From Moniliella sp. 'wahieum' (taxonomy: Eukaryota): DNA of 47,225 nt. Below the pieces are notes generated by a model, which did no database searches, had not been told where the DNA came from, and saw only the letters and a program-made list of their open reading frames with translations. A program made the translations under genes and the position numbers. Shown piece by piece: positions 23,601 through 35,703 of this stretch. Within the stretch, counting starts at the first letter, position 1. Every line of letters starts with the position of its first letter. The stretch spans positions 744,001 to 791,225 of the forward strand of contig RSEE01000021.1 in the NCBI GenBank assembly GCA_003971905.1, given 5' to 3'.

Positions 23601-26600
23601 CCATACTGTAATGATTGAGGGACGGATGAGCTAGACACGAAGGTATCGATGGATAATCAAGAAACCACGTATGCGCCGCTATCCCTTCCCGGCCGATAGA
23701 GACGCATTCAAGTGGTTGCGAGGGAATTGATGGCGTCGGGGCCCAAAGCGTCTCTGCTCATCGGAGACAAGAGGCTCTCCCAGGCCGAGATGCGGGTCCG
23801 ACCCTACCATCCCTAAAAGTCCAAGGAACCCTTGGGTGAACGTGTCTCTTGCCGATTATAAACCTGTTTCTGCCATGTCTTCGTAGACGATTCATGTGGT
23901 AGTCATTATCGCCAAACGGCCACTGGGCTTGATGAACAAGATAGCTTTGACGCCATGGAATTTGAACTCACGCACTTTTGGGCTTTCTTGGACTCTCTGA
24001 TGTTCCTGTTAGCGCGGAGGTGCGGTTTTGAGATAAGGAAAGAGAGAAAGCACGAGCGCCTGGGAAGACATGGGATGTGACATAGATATTGAGAGGGCTA
24101 AGTACTTAAGTGGTTACGCTTACGGCCGGTTAGCGGTTAGGCGTTAGGGTTCCTTCGATCACCAATTGATTAATGATTGATCGCATGCACATGTGACACG
24201 AATCACATGGAATGTCACAGATATCACCCGAAGTGGATGAGAGTGCGGAACGCCTGAGGTAGACCAGGGTAGCTGGTAGACCCCAACCTACCATTGATCT
24301 GCTCCTAGGGCCTAGCCCCGTCTGGCCGAGGGGCATGCGCGTGCGCGTGACTGGACCATACAAATTCATACACACTCTGCCCACGATGTACGTATCCCCC
24401 TCATGCGTCACATATCTCCATGCTATGCTCCACATACGTATCTCGCATCCTCCGTACCGACTCTGTAGGGGCTGGTTTGCCAGGGTTTAACGTTTACCGG
24501 GTACTGGGTGCGGGTTCCCGGTTGCCTTGGCCTGTGGAGCGTGGGGCTCCCCCAGTTCGAACGGGACGAGACGATGTTGACGCACTGAGGCTGATGGCGC
24601 TGATGCACTGAGGCTGAGCGCTGATGCACTGATGGCCTGGGCACGCTTGGCTGTTTGAAGACGGGAAGACGCTTTGGGCGTCCGGAGACAAGAAGGCACT
24701 GGAGCGAGCACCGAGCACCAGAGAGGGTCCTCAGGGTCGCCCGATCGCGTCCGACGGCGCCCTGCTGCGCCTGGCTCGGCGGGGAAGGTGGAAGAGGGAG
24801 CGAGGCTGAGACAAGCTAGACTTCGCACAACTGGTGCATACGGGTGGGCTTCGGCATGGCCGGCTTGGAGACAAGGTACCGGGGGGCGCGAGGGGGCGCG
24901 TGTGGCTGGCCCGTGCACTTCTCCACCTTCAGCGCCTTCAGCTTCAAGCTTTCAAGCTTTCCAAGCTCATTAATAATGGTCTGGAAGCGGACCGGAGCGG
25001 TGCGAGACTGAGATCTGAGGATCGGGTGGTCGCCGACCCTCAGAAATCAGGTCTCGTGCAGGCCACACCCACAGTGCCAAGCTGGAAGACCCTTCCGGTC
25101 GCCCCTGGCAATGTTTCATGCTGGCTGGACTCTACGCTCGACGTTCCATGGGTTGGAAACAGATGTTGGCTGATCGATGAGTGAGCCGATGAGGGTGTAC
25201 GCACGGGGTAGGCACTAAAGGACGTGTAGGGTAGGCTGACGTAGGGTCTGTCGGGGGCCCAAATACAAATAGACGAAGCATCGCTTGCGAAGCACAAGAA
25301 GCGGTGTTTTACCTGGGCCAATGCACCAACGGTGAGCTGGAGGACGAGGGTGGTGTGCGGAGAGTGCTGGAACACGCTGGAGGCTGGGTGGGGACTAGGG
25401 TTAGATCCTTGGTTGTACGTTCGGGCGTTCGCGCTTAGCCGGTGGCGCAGTGCTCTGGTGGCCGTCTCTCTCTCTACTCTGGCAGGAAAGACGCCCTGAG
25501 GGATGGGCAATGGGGAAAGCGGCGCTGCAATTCCCCAGCTGCGCAACTACCCTCCAGCACCCAGCCCAGATCTTAGACGCTCAGCACTGGCGCTCTAGCA
25601 CGGCTCAGACTCACCTTGCTCTGAGATCTGATCATCGATCGCATCGATCATCTCGCGTTGCGTTGCGCGTTCCCAAAGTCCAAGCCAGTCTCAACATCCA
25701 CACGCACCAGGCGAGTGTTGCATCGGACTTCCGCCGTGGTGCGTGACACGTGATGCATGAGCATCTCAGATTCTGGGTCTGCGATCCACGCTTTCTGAAT
25801 CCGAGGGCTCAGTCTGAATCTGAGCTCTCAGTAACCTCATCCGCCGAGCCGAAGTGCCGGAAGGTAGACGTGCGGAGCATAGGCACTGCCTGGGTTAAGT
25901 GCGAGGGAGGCCGAGGGAATCATTAATCACACAGCTCACAGACAAAGGCTGTGGCATGTGGTGCGACGGCACGGTTGCGGCGTAGGTACAATGCAAGACC
26001 AAAACAAGAGGGAACATGTGATGCACGCGTGTGACATGTGACATGACATGGCGTGGAGTCGATTTGCGTGTGGGGCGGGAAGAAGGTACCGCCTGGTAAG
26101 ACGGTGTAGCGCGAGCAGACCACAAAAGAGCAGACCACGCTGAGGAGAATTAATCCTTTTAACGGCAAACTTTGACCATGTCAGGTGGCGATTGTGCACA
26201 ATAGCTTGGGGGCGCGTCTCTCACGCGAGTATGTAGACGTCCTGGTCCACTCGGCTATAGAGACACCGCAATGATGCTGAAGCGATTAGGACAGTAGCGT
26301 AGGCGATCGATTGCGGGCGAGAGATAGGCGTGGTGGTAGGAAGCAGGACAAGGGCTGCAGGAGAAAGCTACTACTAGTCGTTCGCTTACGCTGGTACGCG
26401 CGCATCAGCACCCCTCTCGGAGTCCGCAGGGGCTCCGGGCTAATGATGCCGGAAGTGTACCGCGATCGGTGAAGCCAGTCACGGTCGCAACAAGTATCCC
26501 GTGTCCACAATAGCAGCCATGCACCATAGTAAGTCCAAGGGGACCAATCCTCTGTAGTCAGTTCTCAATCTGCCGTCATTTAATGATGAAAAACGGAGTC

Positions 26601-26671
26601 TCCTAGAGGCAGAACATGTGTGGAAAGGGAGGGAAAAAGGGAAAGTGTGTGTGTGGGTGCGTGCATGCGAG

Positions 26672-26711
26672 AACTGTGGAAGGGATATGCAGAACTGTGG
26701 AAGGGATATGC
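26672..26711. repeat. Short direct tandem duplication (AGAACTGTGGAAGGGATATGC) x2
   Basis: Direct inspection. Confidence 0.85.
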
Positions 26712-27959
26712 GTAGTGGCTGCACTGTGTTGTTCTAATCCTGATTGGCAGTGACTGACATGGGGATGACATTGAGACCCCATGACCGCATGACCACAGCG
26801 CCCCTTTAAGACCCAAAAGCCTCCATCTGAGTGTTGCCGAGTAGAGCTGCACGCCATTTTGTTTCTCGCATCGGCTGCAGTTGTCTTTGTTATCGTGACG
26901 CAAATGTTGCGGACTCAAACTAGACATGCGCGGGATAGCCCCAGAAGCACACAAGATAGGGCAAGAGAGGAGAGGGCTGAGCGCTGATGCGTTGTGGGAT
27001 ATATCAGCAGTGGGTGCAGATTCTGTGTGTATCCTAGCCACAGGACCTCTTAGGCTGGTGGGGGAGCGTGTCTACGCCAAGACAGATGGCGTTCTTGCTG
27101 TGTTTGCACGGTCAGGGACGACGGTGCAGGACAGAAGCCATAATCGACATAATCCCGCGTATGTCACTCTCTATCGACTATTCTACATCCCAAGTAGGGC
27201 GGACAGGGCAGGGAAGGGCAGGGCAGAGTGGGATGGGGGAGGGGTGCGGGCGACACATCAGATCGCAGATTGAAAAGGCGCAGTGTGGCTCTCGAGCAGA
27301 GAGCGTGGCGGGCGGGGTCGACGTTAGACGTTAGGAGCACCTGCGCGGAATGTAACCCCGGCATGTGGGCGCTGTGTCGAGAGAGGGTCAGTGCGTATAC
27401 GGCTTGCAATCCTTTTCGCGGCCACAGCGACGCAGCCTGCCGACAGGCTGGGATCGGGTTGGCTGCCCCTCCCTAGTCACTGGTACTGAGGCTCAGTCCT
27501 CAGCCGTGGCGGACACCCCACTGGCTCCCCTCTCGGCTGGCCCCAAGCGCACGCCTCGCCTGCCCTCACCCGCCCAAGCACGCGCGCCGACTTTGTTTTG
27601 TTCCATTTTGCTGACCAAACCAGCTGCCGCCGGCCTGCACCACATTTCTGCCTCCCATCAGCGCACCGCCCCGGCCCTACCGCCCGTTCCCTTTTGCCCG
27701 GGCAGACGACTGGGTCCTCTGCTGCTGCCATCGGTGGGGCCCAGACGTACGTGGGAAACTGCTGAGTGTGCTGTGGTGCGCGCGTAGCGTGTGGGTTTTG
27801 GCGTTGGCATCGGCACCGGGATCGGGCACCGACACTGGCACCGACGTCGGCGTTAGCATTCGCGTCGGCATTGACGTTTGGTGCTGTGGTTGCTAGTTTC
27901 CGCACGCATCACCCACATCACGAGTGCGGAAAGCTGCGCTAGTACCATTCTATTTGCGC

Positions 27960-30017
27960 ATGAGTGCCCCCCCTCCAGCGGGCCAGGCTGTCCCCGAGCT
28001 GGCCGAGGCATCCCCCATGTGCCGGATGCGCGTGGGGCGTCCTCGCTTGCGGAAGGTGCTCCCATCACGAGCGGGAGTGGAAGTGGGACCGGCTCGCGTG
28101 CCTCGGGCCGAGAGTACATTTGTATTGCGTGTGGCAAATCGTTTGCGCGGAAGACTTGCTCCGCCGCCACCGGCTTCGCGAGCAACGCTCCGCCCTCATC
28201 CATCGCCCACCACGTCAACGTAGCTGCGGCGAATGTTCTCGCGCCAAAGCCGATGCGACTTGGGCTTCCCCACGTGTGGTAGGTGCGCTCAGAAGAAGAA
28301 AACTTGCGTAGGTAGATCCTCTCCTCTCCTCCCTCTCCTCTCCTCTCCTCTCCTCTCCTCTCCTCTCCTCTCCTCTCCTCTCCTCTCCTCTCTCTCCTCC
28401 CTCTCCTCTCCCTCCTCTCCTCCTCTCCTCTCCTCTCCTCCTCTCCTCTCCTCTCCTCTCCTCTCTGCTTTGAGTTCTGTTGACCTTCGATGCTACTTAG
28501 ATTTACGCGACCAACTCGCGGGAGAAGACCGCTCTCGCGCCCTCTCGGCTACTACGCGTCCCTTATCCCCCGGCTCATTCCTCCACCCTAGTCGCATCCA
28601 ATCCTCTTTCCGGCCCCGCGCTTCGTTACCACTCGCGTTCGATACCACGGCAGCCTCGGCCGCTGCTTCCGCTGCCCACCGCCGCTTTTTCACGAGGCGA
28701 GGATGGGCGGTACGCAGTGGCGTATGAACCTTTGTCCTCTCATTTGGTCGCCAATGCACCCGCCCCAAACCATGCTTATTCTCTCCCGCCTGCGCCGGTG
28801 CAACAGCCGTATGCCCCGCCTCGGGCGTCGCTTGCTTCCATCGACCCAGCTACTCCTCCCCTTATGCGTTTCCTCGATCCTGGTCCGAGTCGGACGTTCC
28901 CATATCCTCCCTTCTTCTTACGCCACAAGGCCAGGAGCCTCCCGTCCCAGGCGCAGGCCCTTCGCCTCACCTTCCCTACCCTTCTCCCTCGGGCACAGCG
29001 ACACGAACAGCACGAGCTTCGTCCCTACTGGCCCGCAACACGAAAGCCACCTCCAACTTCCTGACCTCTCATCTCATCTCCCCTCTTTCTATCCGAGAGG
29101 AGAAGGCAGAGCAGGGGTGAAGCACCGCTAGCACAATTTTCTGCGTCTCTTCTGGATTCCCCCCCCAATACTCGCCTTCCACCTCTCTCATCCCACAAGC
29201 ACCGCAGCCCGACAACGCGGGGGGTGGAGTTCCAGTCTGTTTGACGCTATTGCGCCTGGCGTGCCTTCCCAGTTCCCTGGTCCCGGGTTCTCTCGCGCTC
29301 TCCAACGACCATGCCTCTGGGTCTAGAACCACCTACCGAGTCGGGTTCCTTCCCATCGGGCCCCCTTGCCGAGTTGGCCATGCTCGAGCCGGTACCAGAT
29401 GTAGGAGGCGGCTTACTACCTTCTACTGCACTTCCTCGCTCCTCTCTCTCTTCCGCAGCGCCCCTGTCCTCTCACCACCTCGATCTTTCCTCTACGGCCA
29501 CCTTTCAAGACTCCGACCTAACACGTTCGGCACAGGTTCTCCCCACCTCTTCTGTCGCTTCGGTCGCTTCGGTCGCTTCGGCACTGCCCCAGCCCGGATC
29601 TGTCTCCTGGCCCCCGCAGCCACACCAGCAACCCACAACCGCGCCACTGAAGCGTACACCGCCATCCCGGATCCCAACACACGCACGATGCCCTCTTCTG
29701 CCTACCTCGCGCCTGGGGCGGAGGAGGCAGGCACCTCCAATGTGTTATCCGCGTGGCCCACTCCACGTGCTTTTCCCACTGTTGTCGGAGAAGGCGAATG
29801 GTATACCCCACCTACCGCCCCTACTGCGCCATCAGGGTGGCAGGACACGCCAGGTGGGATGGCTGGACAGCAAGCGCCGCCTCTACCGCGTCATTCTCTC
29901 CATCCCCACTCCAAGCCCGACAACGAGAACGCGAACGAGAACGCGAGCGTGAATGAGAACGAGAGGTATAGGCTGGGGGCTTTGTATCCTGGCTCCTCCG
30001 GTGGATGGTCTGCTTGA
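27960..30017 (+). CDS. Transcription factor with an N-terminal C2H2 finger plus Zn(II)2Cys6 cluster, frameshifted
   Basis: Joined frames read YICIACGKSFAR-x-DLLRRHRLRE and RSCGECSRAK-x-RCDLGFPTCGRCAQKKKTC (six-Cys binuclear cluster). An intron at ~28308..28500 contains (CTCTC)n. The remainder is Pro/Ser-rich. Start and end are approximate. Confidence 0.75.
28318..28466. repeat. (CTCTC)n pentanucleotide polypyrimidine microsatellite, intronic
   Basis: Direct inspection. Confidence 0.95.
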
Positions 30018-30312
30018 GCATGAGCATGATTAGGATGTGGGCTGTTCTGTTTGGTTTTGCCTTTCCTTTTGCCTTTGCTTTTGCCTTTGCTTTTGCCTTT
30101 GCCTTTACGTTTTTGTACTTCTCCTCAAGTTCCTCAAGGCTCCCCTGTGGTGTTGGAAAGGGCTGGCACTTGCAGCAGCTGGAACGCGACGAGGGGGACA
30201 ACCTTAGACCGGTATGCTTCAATCCTTCGCTCCCCATCCCAGTCTCAAATCAACTCACTAGAGACGCAAAAGCGAATGTTCTTTTATCCACTTCCTTCGT
30301 TGCTTGTGCCAT

Positions 30313-31305
30313 ATGGTGAAGTATCGTCTCTTCATGGTCTTTGCAACCTGGATCGCCCTGCTCGTCCTCTCGCCACCTATAATCTTCCGCCCATCATATT
30401 TGCCTTATCTACTTCTTCCTTCGCTGGAGACATGGTGGGATAGTCTCATGGACAGGGACAAGCTCAACGTGCATCACATCATCGATACACCCTCCTCGGC
30501 CTACGCTCAGGCGGTGATGGGTATGTTGGGATGTGGGTACGTGGACACCGTATCGCGGGCGTGGAGAGGCCTACATTTGCTTTCCCTGCATCCTCCCTGG
30601 CACTCATACCCTCCTCCGACTGTCTGCACTCTTTTCTCTTTTATGTACGCACCGCGCCCATTCAGCTCTCTGGCCCATCGTCTCATCTCCGAGACGAGCT
30701 CATGCACGGTCGCTACGGCACGATCAATTCTTTGTCCTCACGAATAGCCCCCGGGTTCCACATTACGTCGGCCCTCTGCGCTTATTTCGAGAAGTAGGAA
30801 AGGATGGTCGTTTTCCATCCCAGTCCCCCTCTTTCACTACAAGAAACTGTTGGGGGATCTCATTTCTTTTCTTGGCGGTGCGCCAATTGAGTACTTATCT
30901 GGCATGCAAAATCATGCTCCTTGTTTTTGAGTATGGTTGGGATCCCAGAGATGGCAACTGGTAGCCGGTAACTACTCAGTACTCATCCCCGCCGGTCACG
31001 CTCTCACGAACTATTCTTGAATACCGTTCGGTCCAAAGTCTCGGATCGAACAAGAACGAAAGGGACGCACTGGGGCCATTTGAGGCTGCGTTCAATGGAC
31101 AGAAGTGCTTTGTGCTGAGAAGAACAGAGTGGACCAAGGGTAGGGTACGTCGGTCTGGCCAAGAGGATCCGCCACTCCACACGGCGTTTCCCTATCACAC
31201 TCTTGGCTCGAATCGTCCCCGAACCCCATTGGAGTGGACAATCAGTCACACCAGACACACATCATCCCCATCCTTCTATTTTCCGCGTCCTGCCCCCCAT
31301 TGAAG
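30313..31305 (+). other. Possible gene of unknown function with a hydrophobic N-terminus; its 3' part is copy 1 of a local duplication
   Basis: MVKYRLFMVFATWIALLVLSP signal/anchor-like start. The downstream segment is homologous to 32030..32412. Confidence 0.3.
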
Positions 31306-32412
31306 AGTACTTCTCTCCTATTGAGTGCCTCTCCTGTTCCTTCCTTCTACTCTTGCCTTCTTGCCTCCCTCATATGCGTTTGTTGGTCTCGCCACACACC
31401 CAACACAGTGCGTGATGAGATTTGGAATCCTGATGGTCCAGGGGGGATGCAATCACACTAGTGGTAGTGGTGGTCTAAGCCAACCAACGACACGTACAGA
31501 GGAACACCAAGCAGCCAGTCACCACCGGGGGCTTGGTCACGGACCACGACCACAGGAGCGAGAACACAATGCAACTCCTAGGCCTGAGGAGGACCGAAGG
31601 ACGTTAGCCAAACATACGAGCCACCAGCGGTGGTTCAACACCCCCCTGGGCCAAGGGGCCAATGGAAACCCGTAGGCCAAAATGCGTAACCATCAGATGA
31701 GAAAAAAGGGGATCTAAATCGAATTCCTGAGAGGCATAAAAAGGAGTTTGGGAAGACCAACAGATTTGGTGAACCAATCAGAGAGATGATCGATTCCAAT
31801 AGGCACATGGCGAACCACACAACCACACGTTCGCCGCGATAGAATCGTTCTCGCACCTTGTTATATCTCGCGAATCGTACCCCGGCTGCCGAGTTTCGTG
31901 GTTAAAGCCTTGGCTGCAGTGTTGTCCACAAAGAGATGGATGGGTGTGGGGCGGAACAGATACCCCGTGCAGAAAGAATGTTGTGCACAAAGAGCGCATC
32001 CCACAGCCCATCCCCCACGTGACCATTTGGGATCTCAGACATGGTAACCATTCATCGATCATCCCTACCGGTCAGTTCTTACGAGCCATTCCTCTGAATA
32101 CCGTCCGGTCCAACGTCTCGGATCGAACTAGAACGAAAGGGACACACTGGGGTTATTCGGGACTGCGTCCAAAGGAAAAAAAGGGCGCGGTGTGAGAGGA
32201 ACAGAGTGGACCAAGGGTAAGGTACATAGGTTAGGTCAAGAAGAGATCCACGGCTCCACGACTGGTCCCTGTCACACGTATGATGACTCGAATCGTCCCC
32301 GGACCCACAATGGCGTGGACGATCAGCCACACCAGACACACACACACGTGTGCATCATGCCCATCCTTCCCTTTGGTTATCCCTTCTCTTGCGCGTCCTG
32401 CCCCTTTTGAGG
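30940..32412 (+). repeat. Diverged direct duplication of ~370 bp (30940-31310 vs 32030-32412)
   Basis: Shared blocks such as TGAATACCGTyCGGTCCAAmGTCTCGGATCGAACwAGAACGAAAGGGACrCACTGGGG, GAACAGAGTGGACCAAGGGTA, CTCGAATCGTCCCCG and CACACCAGACACACA. Confidence 0.9.
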
Positions 32413-32778
32413 ACATACCATGCGGCCCATGTGGACCGGAATGTAATGCTAGCGTGTCCTCCTGCCCTGTTCCTTGTCCCTTTGTCGTGGCCTGTCGTGG
32501 CTTGGCGCGGTGAGTGGCAAGTGGCGGGGGGTGCAGCGGCGGCACGATGCAGCCTCGCTCGTGTGCCAGCAACCCTAGACGCCCCACCGGGGGTACACTG
32601 CTAGGGTTGTGGCTGGGGCCATGTGATGTGTGAGGTATGATGAGTGCGTCCACGTGACGTGCTGGTGGCTGGCCGGTCGGCGGGCGATCTGAGATCTATG
32701 AGTGTGCGCCTCTTCCGGCCCTTGACACTCGTCACTAGCCACTCCCTTTGCGTCCCGCCGCGCACGCCGCCGTCTGCG

Positions 32779-34088
32779 ATGTCCAGCGCGACGTGCAGCG
32801 CAACGCTCCTCCCCGATCCCGCCCCACAACTCCATTGCTTACCTGGATGTAACCCTGGACGGGTCCACGACGCCCCACCCATCGTCCTCGAGCTCTTCAA
32901 CGACCAGACGCCGCAACCGGTCGAGCATTTCCGAGCCCTGGCAACGGCCGACAAGGGCAGTAGTGCGTCACCAGGTCAGCATCTCTGGTATGGCAATACG
33001 ACTTTCCACCGTGTTGTTCCCAAGTGCTTGATTCAGGGTGGGTTAGTGACCCGCGGAGATGAATCTGCCGCCGAGCCCATCGAGCCCATGTACGGTTCCC
33101 CTTTGGACGAGGAACCTTCGCAAGGCATGCGTAAGCATGATCAGCCGTTTTTGCTCTCCATGGCCAATGCTGGATCCAACCCCGAGCGCAACCAGTTTTT
33201 TATCACGACCGCCCCGGCCAGCCACTTGGACAGGACCCACGTCGTGGTTGGGCGGGTGCTGACGGGTAAGAATGTAGTGAGGCAAATTGAGCGCACCCTG
33301 ACGGGGCCAACAATACGCCTCTAACCCCAGTGACCATCGTGGACGCGGGAGAGTTGTCACATTCGACATGGAAGAATGACACGAAGCAAGAGACGTTGGA
33401 TGCATTTCCAGACGACCCAGGAGTATGACAGTGACTTGCTTGAGAAGAGTGTACGTTGCAAAGAAGGCGGATTTGGTTTGGTTTGGTTTGGTTTGGTTGG
33501 TTTGTTGGCGGGTGTGGGGAGGTACTGACCCTGTTGTAGCCCCATACGGCTCTGGATGTAGCCGAACAGATCAAGGCGCATGGATCGACCTTTTTCAAGT
33601 CGGGCAACTACGACCAGGCATTGGCGCAATGGCAAAAGGCAGTGCGCTACGTCCTCTTCCACCCCGTCACGCCCGAAAGTCATCCCGAGGCAGAACCGAT
33701 TGAGCAACGACGGAACGAGGTGTTCACCTCGCTGCAGCTCAACATTGCCTTGGCTGCACTCAATGTGGAGCCTACCTCGATTGAGCTGCAAGAACTGGCT
33801 ATCCAGCAGACCAACTCGATTCTGGCTCGGACTGAGGCCGTGATGTTGCTCGAGGTTTCTCATAACCGCTTGCCCGAGACCAAGGGAACGATTGCTACGG
33901 CGTTTTACCGCCGTGGGATGGCGTATGGCGCGGGCAAGCGCTTCGAAGATGCACTGAAGGATTTCGATTCCGCCCTGCACTTTGCCCCCACCGACCAGGC
34001 GATCAGGAATGAGCGCAGGACAGTAGCAAGCAAGATAAACCAGGGGCGCAAGGCCCCGCGAGCAGCGTACGGCAAAACGTTCATGTAA
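32779..34088 (+). CDS. Cyclophilin-40 type peptidyl-prolyl isomerase (cyclophilin domain + TPR; Cpr6/Cpr7-like), divergent
   Basis: IVLELFNDQTP...HFRAL, FHRVVPKCLIQGG, LLSMANAG, QFFITT and HLDRTHVVVGRV. Intron GTACGT...TACTGAC...TAG at ~33452-33539. TPR part WQKAVRY...LQLNIALAAL...AFYRRGMAY...ALKDFDSALHFAPTDQAI, ending AAYGKTFM. Confidence 0.88.
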
Positions 34089-34237
34089 CCCCCCCTACCC
34101 CCTGCTGACCAGCAGATCTGCCATCTATACCTGCTCGTGCCCCCTTCTGCGTCGCGACGATGCACACACGTACGTTGGGTTAAACTCGTTTCTGTAGTGG
34201 GCTTGGGCTGGGAGACAACATCAAACCAATAGCCAGA

Positions 34238-35476
34238 TTACTTTCTTTTTGGGGGGAAAGGCTCAAGGAACGAGCACGCTTGAGTCCGAGAAAAGCGGCT
34301 CGCGTCAGATGGATGTGCTCCACGCACACGATGGACCGGTTCCTCTGTGCCTGCCGGCGGCGGAGGCGCCGGTACCTGTCCTTCGCCCTGCGGCGCACGC
34401 TCCCGTCGGACCTCTACCGCCCGCCCCAACAGCTCCTTGCCATTCAACAGACTCACCGCCTTATCCGCCGCCGCCGCGTCAGGCACCACCACCACTCCCT
34501 TTCCGTTTCCCAGTACATCCGCCCGTACCGGCGGGACCCCCGCCGCCCGCACCATATCCTTCAACGCTTTCCATCCCACCTCGGGCGCCAACTAGCTCTC
34601 CTGTCAGTATGGGCCATGACACCACACCCAAGCCAGAAAGGTACCACATACGTTCGAAACAGACAATGTCACCCCTTCTCCGCCCTGTGCGGCCAACGTA
34701 CCCGGCCGCGGACGGGAGAAGTGGCGGCTCACCTCACGATCTTCCCGGACCAACAGCCTACGCCCATCAAAGGTAGCATCGTTTAACTGGTAAATCGCAC
34801 GCTGGGCATCGGCCTGCGTGGCAAATTCCACCACCCCACACCCTTTGCTCACTCCATTGGGCATCGTCAAGATATCCGCATGCACAACATCGCCCACTGA
34901 GCGCATAAAGTCCTTCAATTCCGCCCACGCGTATGGAACGGCAAGTTGCCCACATAGACCCGATTCCTCTGTCGAACTGCATCGGGCGCAACCCCAGCTA
35001 GCAAGGCTCCACTCGCTCCTGCCACTCTCCCACCCACACCTGCCCCGCCTCCGAACGGAGGGGGATGCACCCGCGAACCAGACGGAAAGGGTGGCCCATA
35101 CTCATACGCAGCCACGTAGCCGTCACGGGCGGCATCGCCATAGGGATCAGGGTACGCGTCACGATAGCTGTCGCCGTAAGGGGGGCGGTAGGCGCCACGG
35201 TACGGGTCGCGCTCCGGGTAGGCCGGGGGAGCGTATGGGTAGGAGGAAGGGTAGGAGGGCGCGGGCAGGTACGCATAGGGGAAGGCCGCGGGGGCAGGGT
35301 AGCCGCTGGCGATGGTGCTGGCAGGCTCGACGTGCGGGCGGAGCGAAGGGGGCCGTACTCGTCGCGCGCGGCACGGCGGTCGGGGGACGCAGTGCGGCGT
35401 GGCTCAGGCGAGCGGGAGCGGCGGCGCTGGCCGTAGCCGGCAGGCGGTGGTGGTGGATAGGCCGAGGGACGTCCAT
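34238..35476 (-). CDS. Gbp2/Hrb1-like (hnRNP-M-type) SR-like RRM RNA-binding protein, two RRMs visible
   Basis: RS/RD-rich N-terminus (RRRSRSPEPRR). RRM1: NRVYVGNLPF...LKDFMRSVGDVVHADILTMPNGVSKGCGVVEF...LLVREDRE. Intron GTATGT...TACTGAC...TAG. RRM2: VSN/LAPEVGWKALKDMVRAAG...VRADV...LNGKELLGRAVEVR. The 3' end is uncertain. Confidence 0.85.
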
Positions 35477-35703
35477 CGCGGCGGACGCAGAGGTGTTGGT
35501 GTTGGTGTCGCTGTGCTGCTGGAAGGATGGATGAAGGAGGGAGGGAGCGAGGGAGCACGGCCCGCCCGCAACTTAAGTAACCAGCACACGCGTCTATGTC
35601 TACGTCTACGTCATCGGCGGTGGCTGTCTTGTGACTACGACAATCGAGATCCCAGCACCGCCATCGAGCTGCCCCCGCCAGTCCACACGCCATCCATCGC
35701 ATG

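Noticed and set aside
24130..24149. Telomere-like TTAGCG/TTAGGC/TTAGGG run
   Set aside because: Only three degenerate units; compatible with chance in a repeat-rich sequence.
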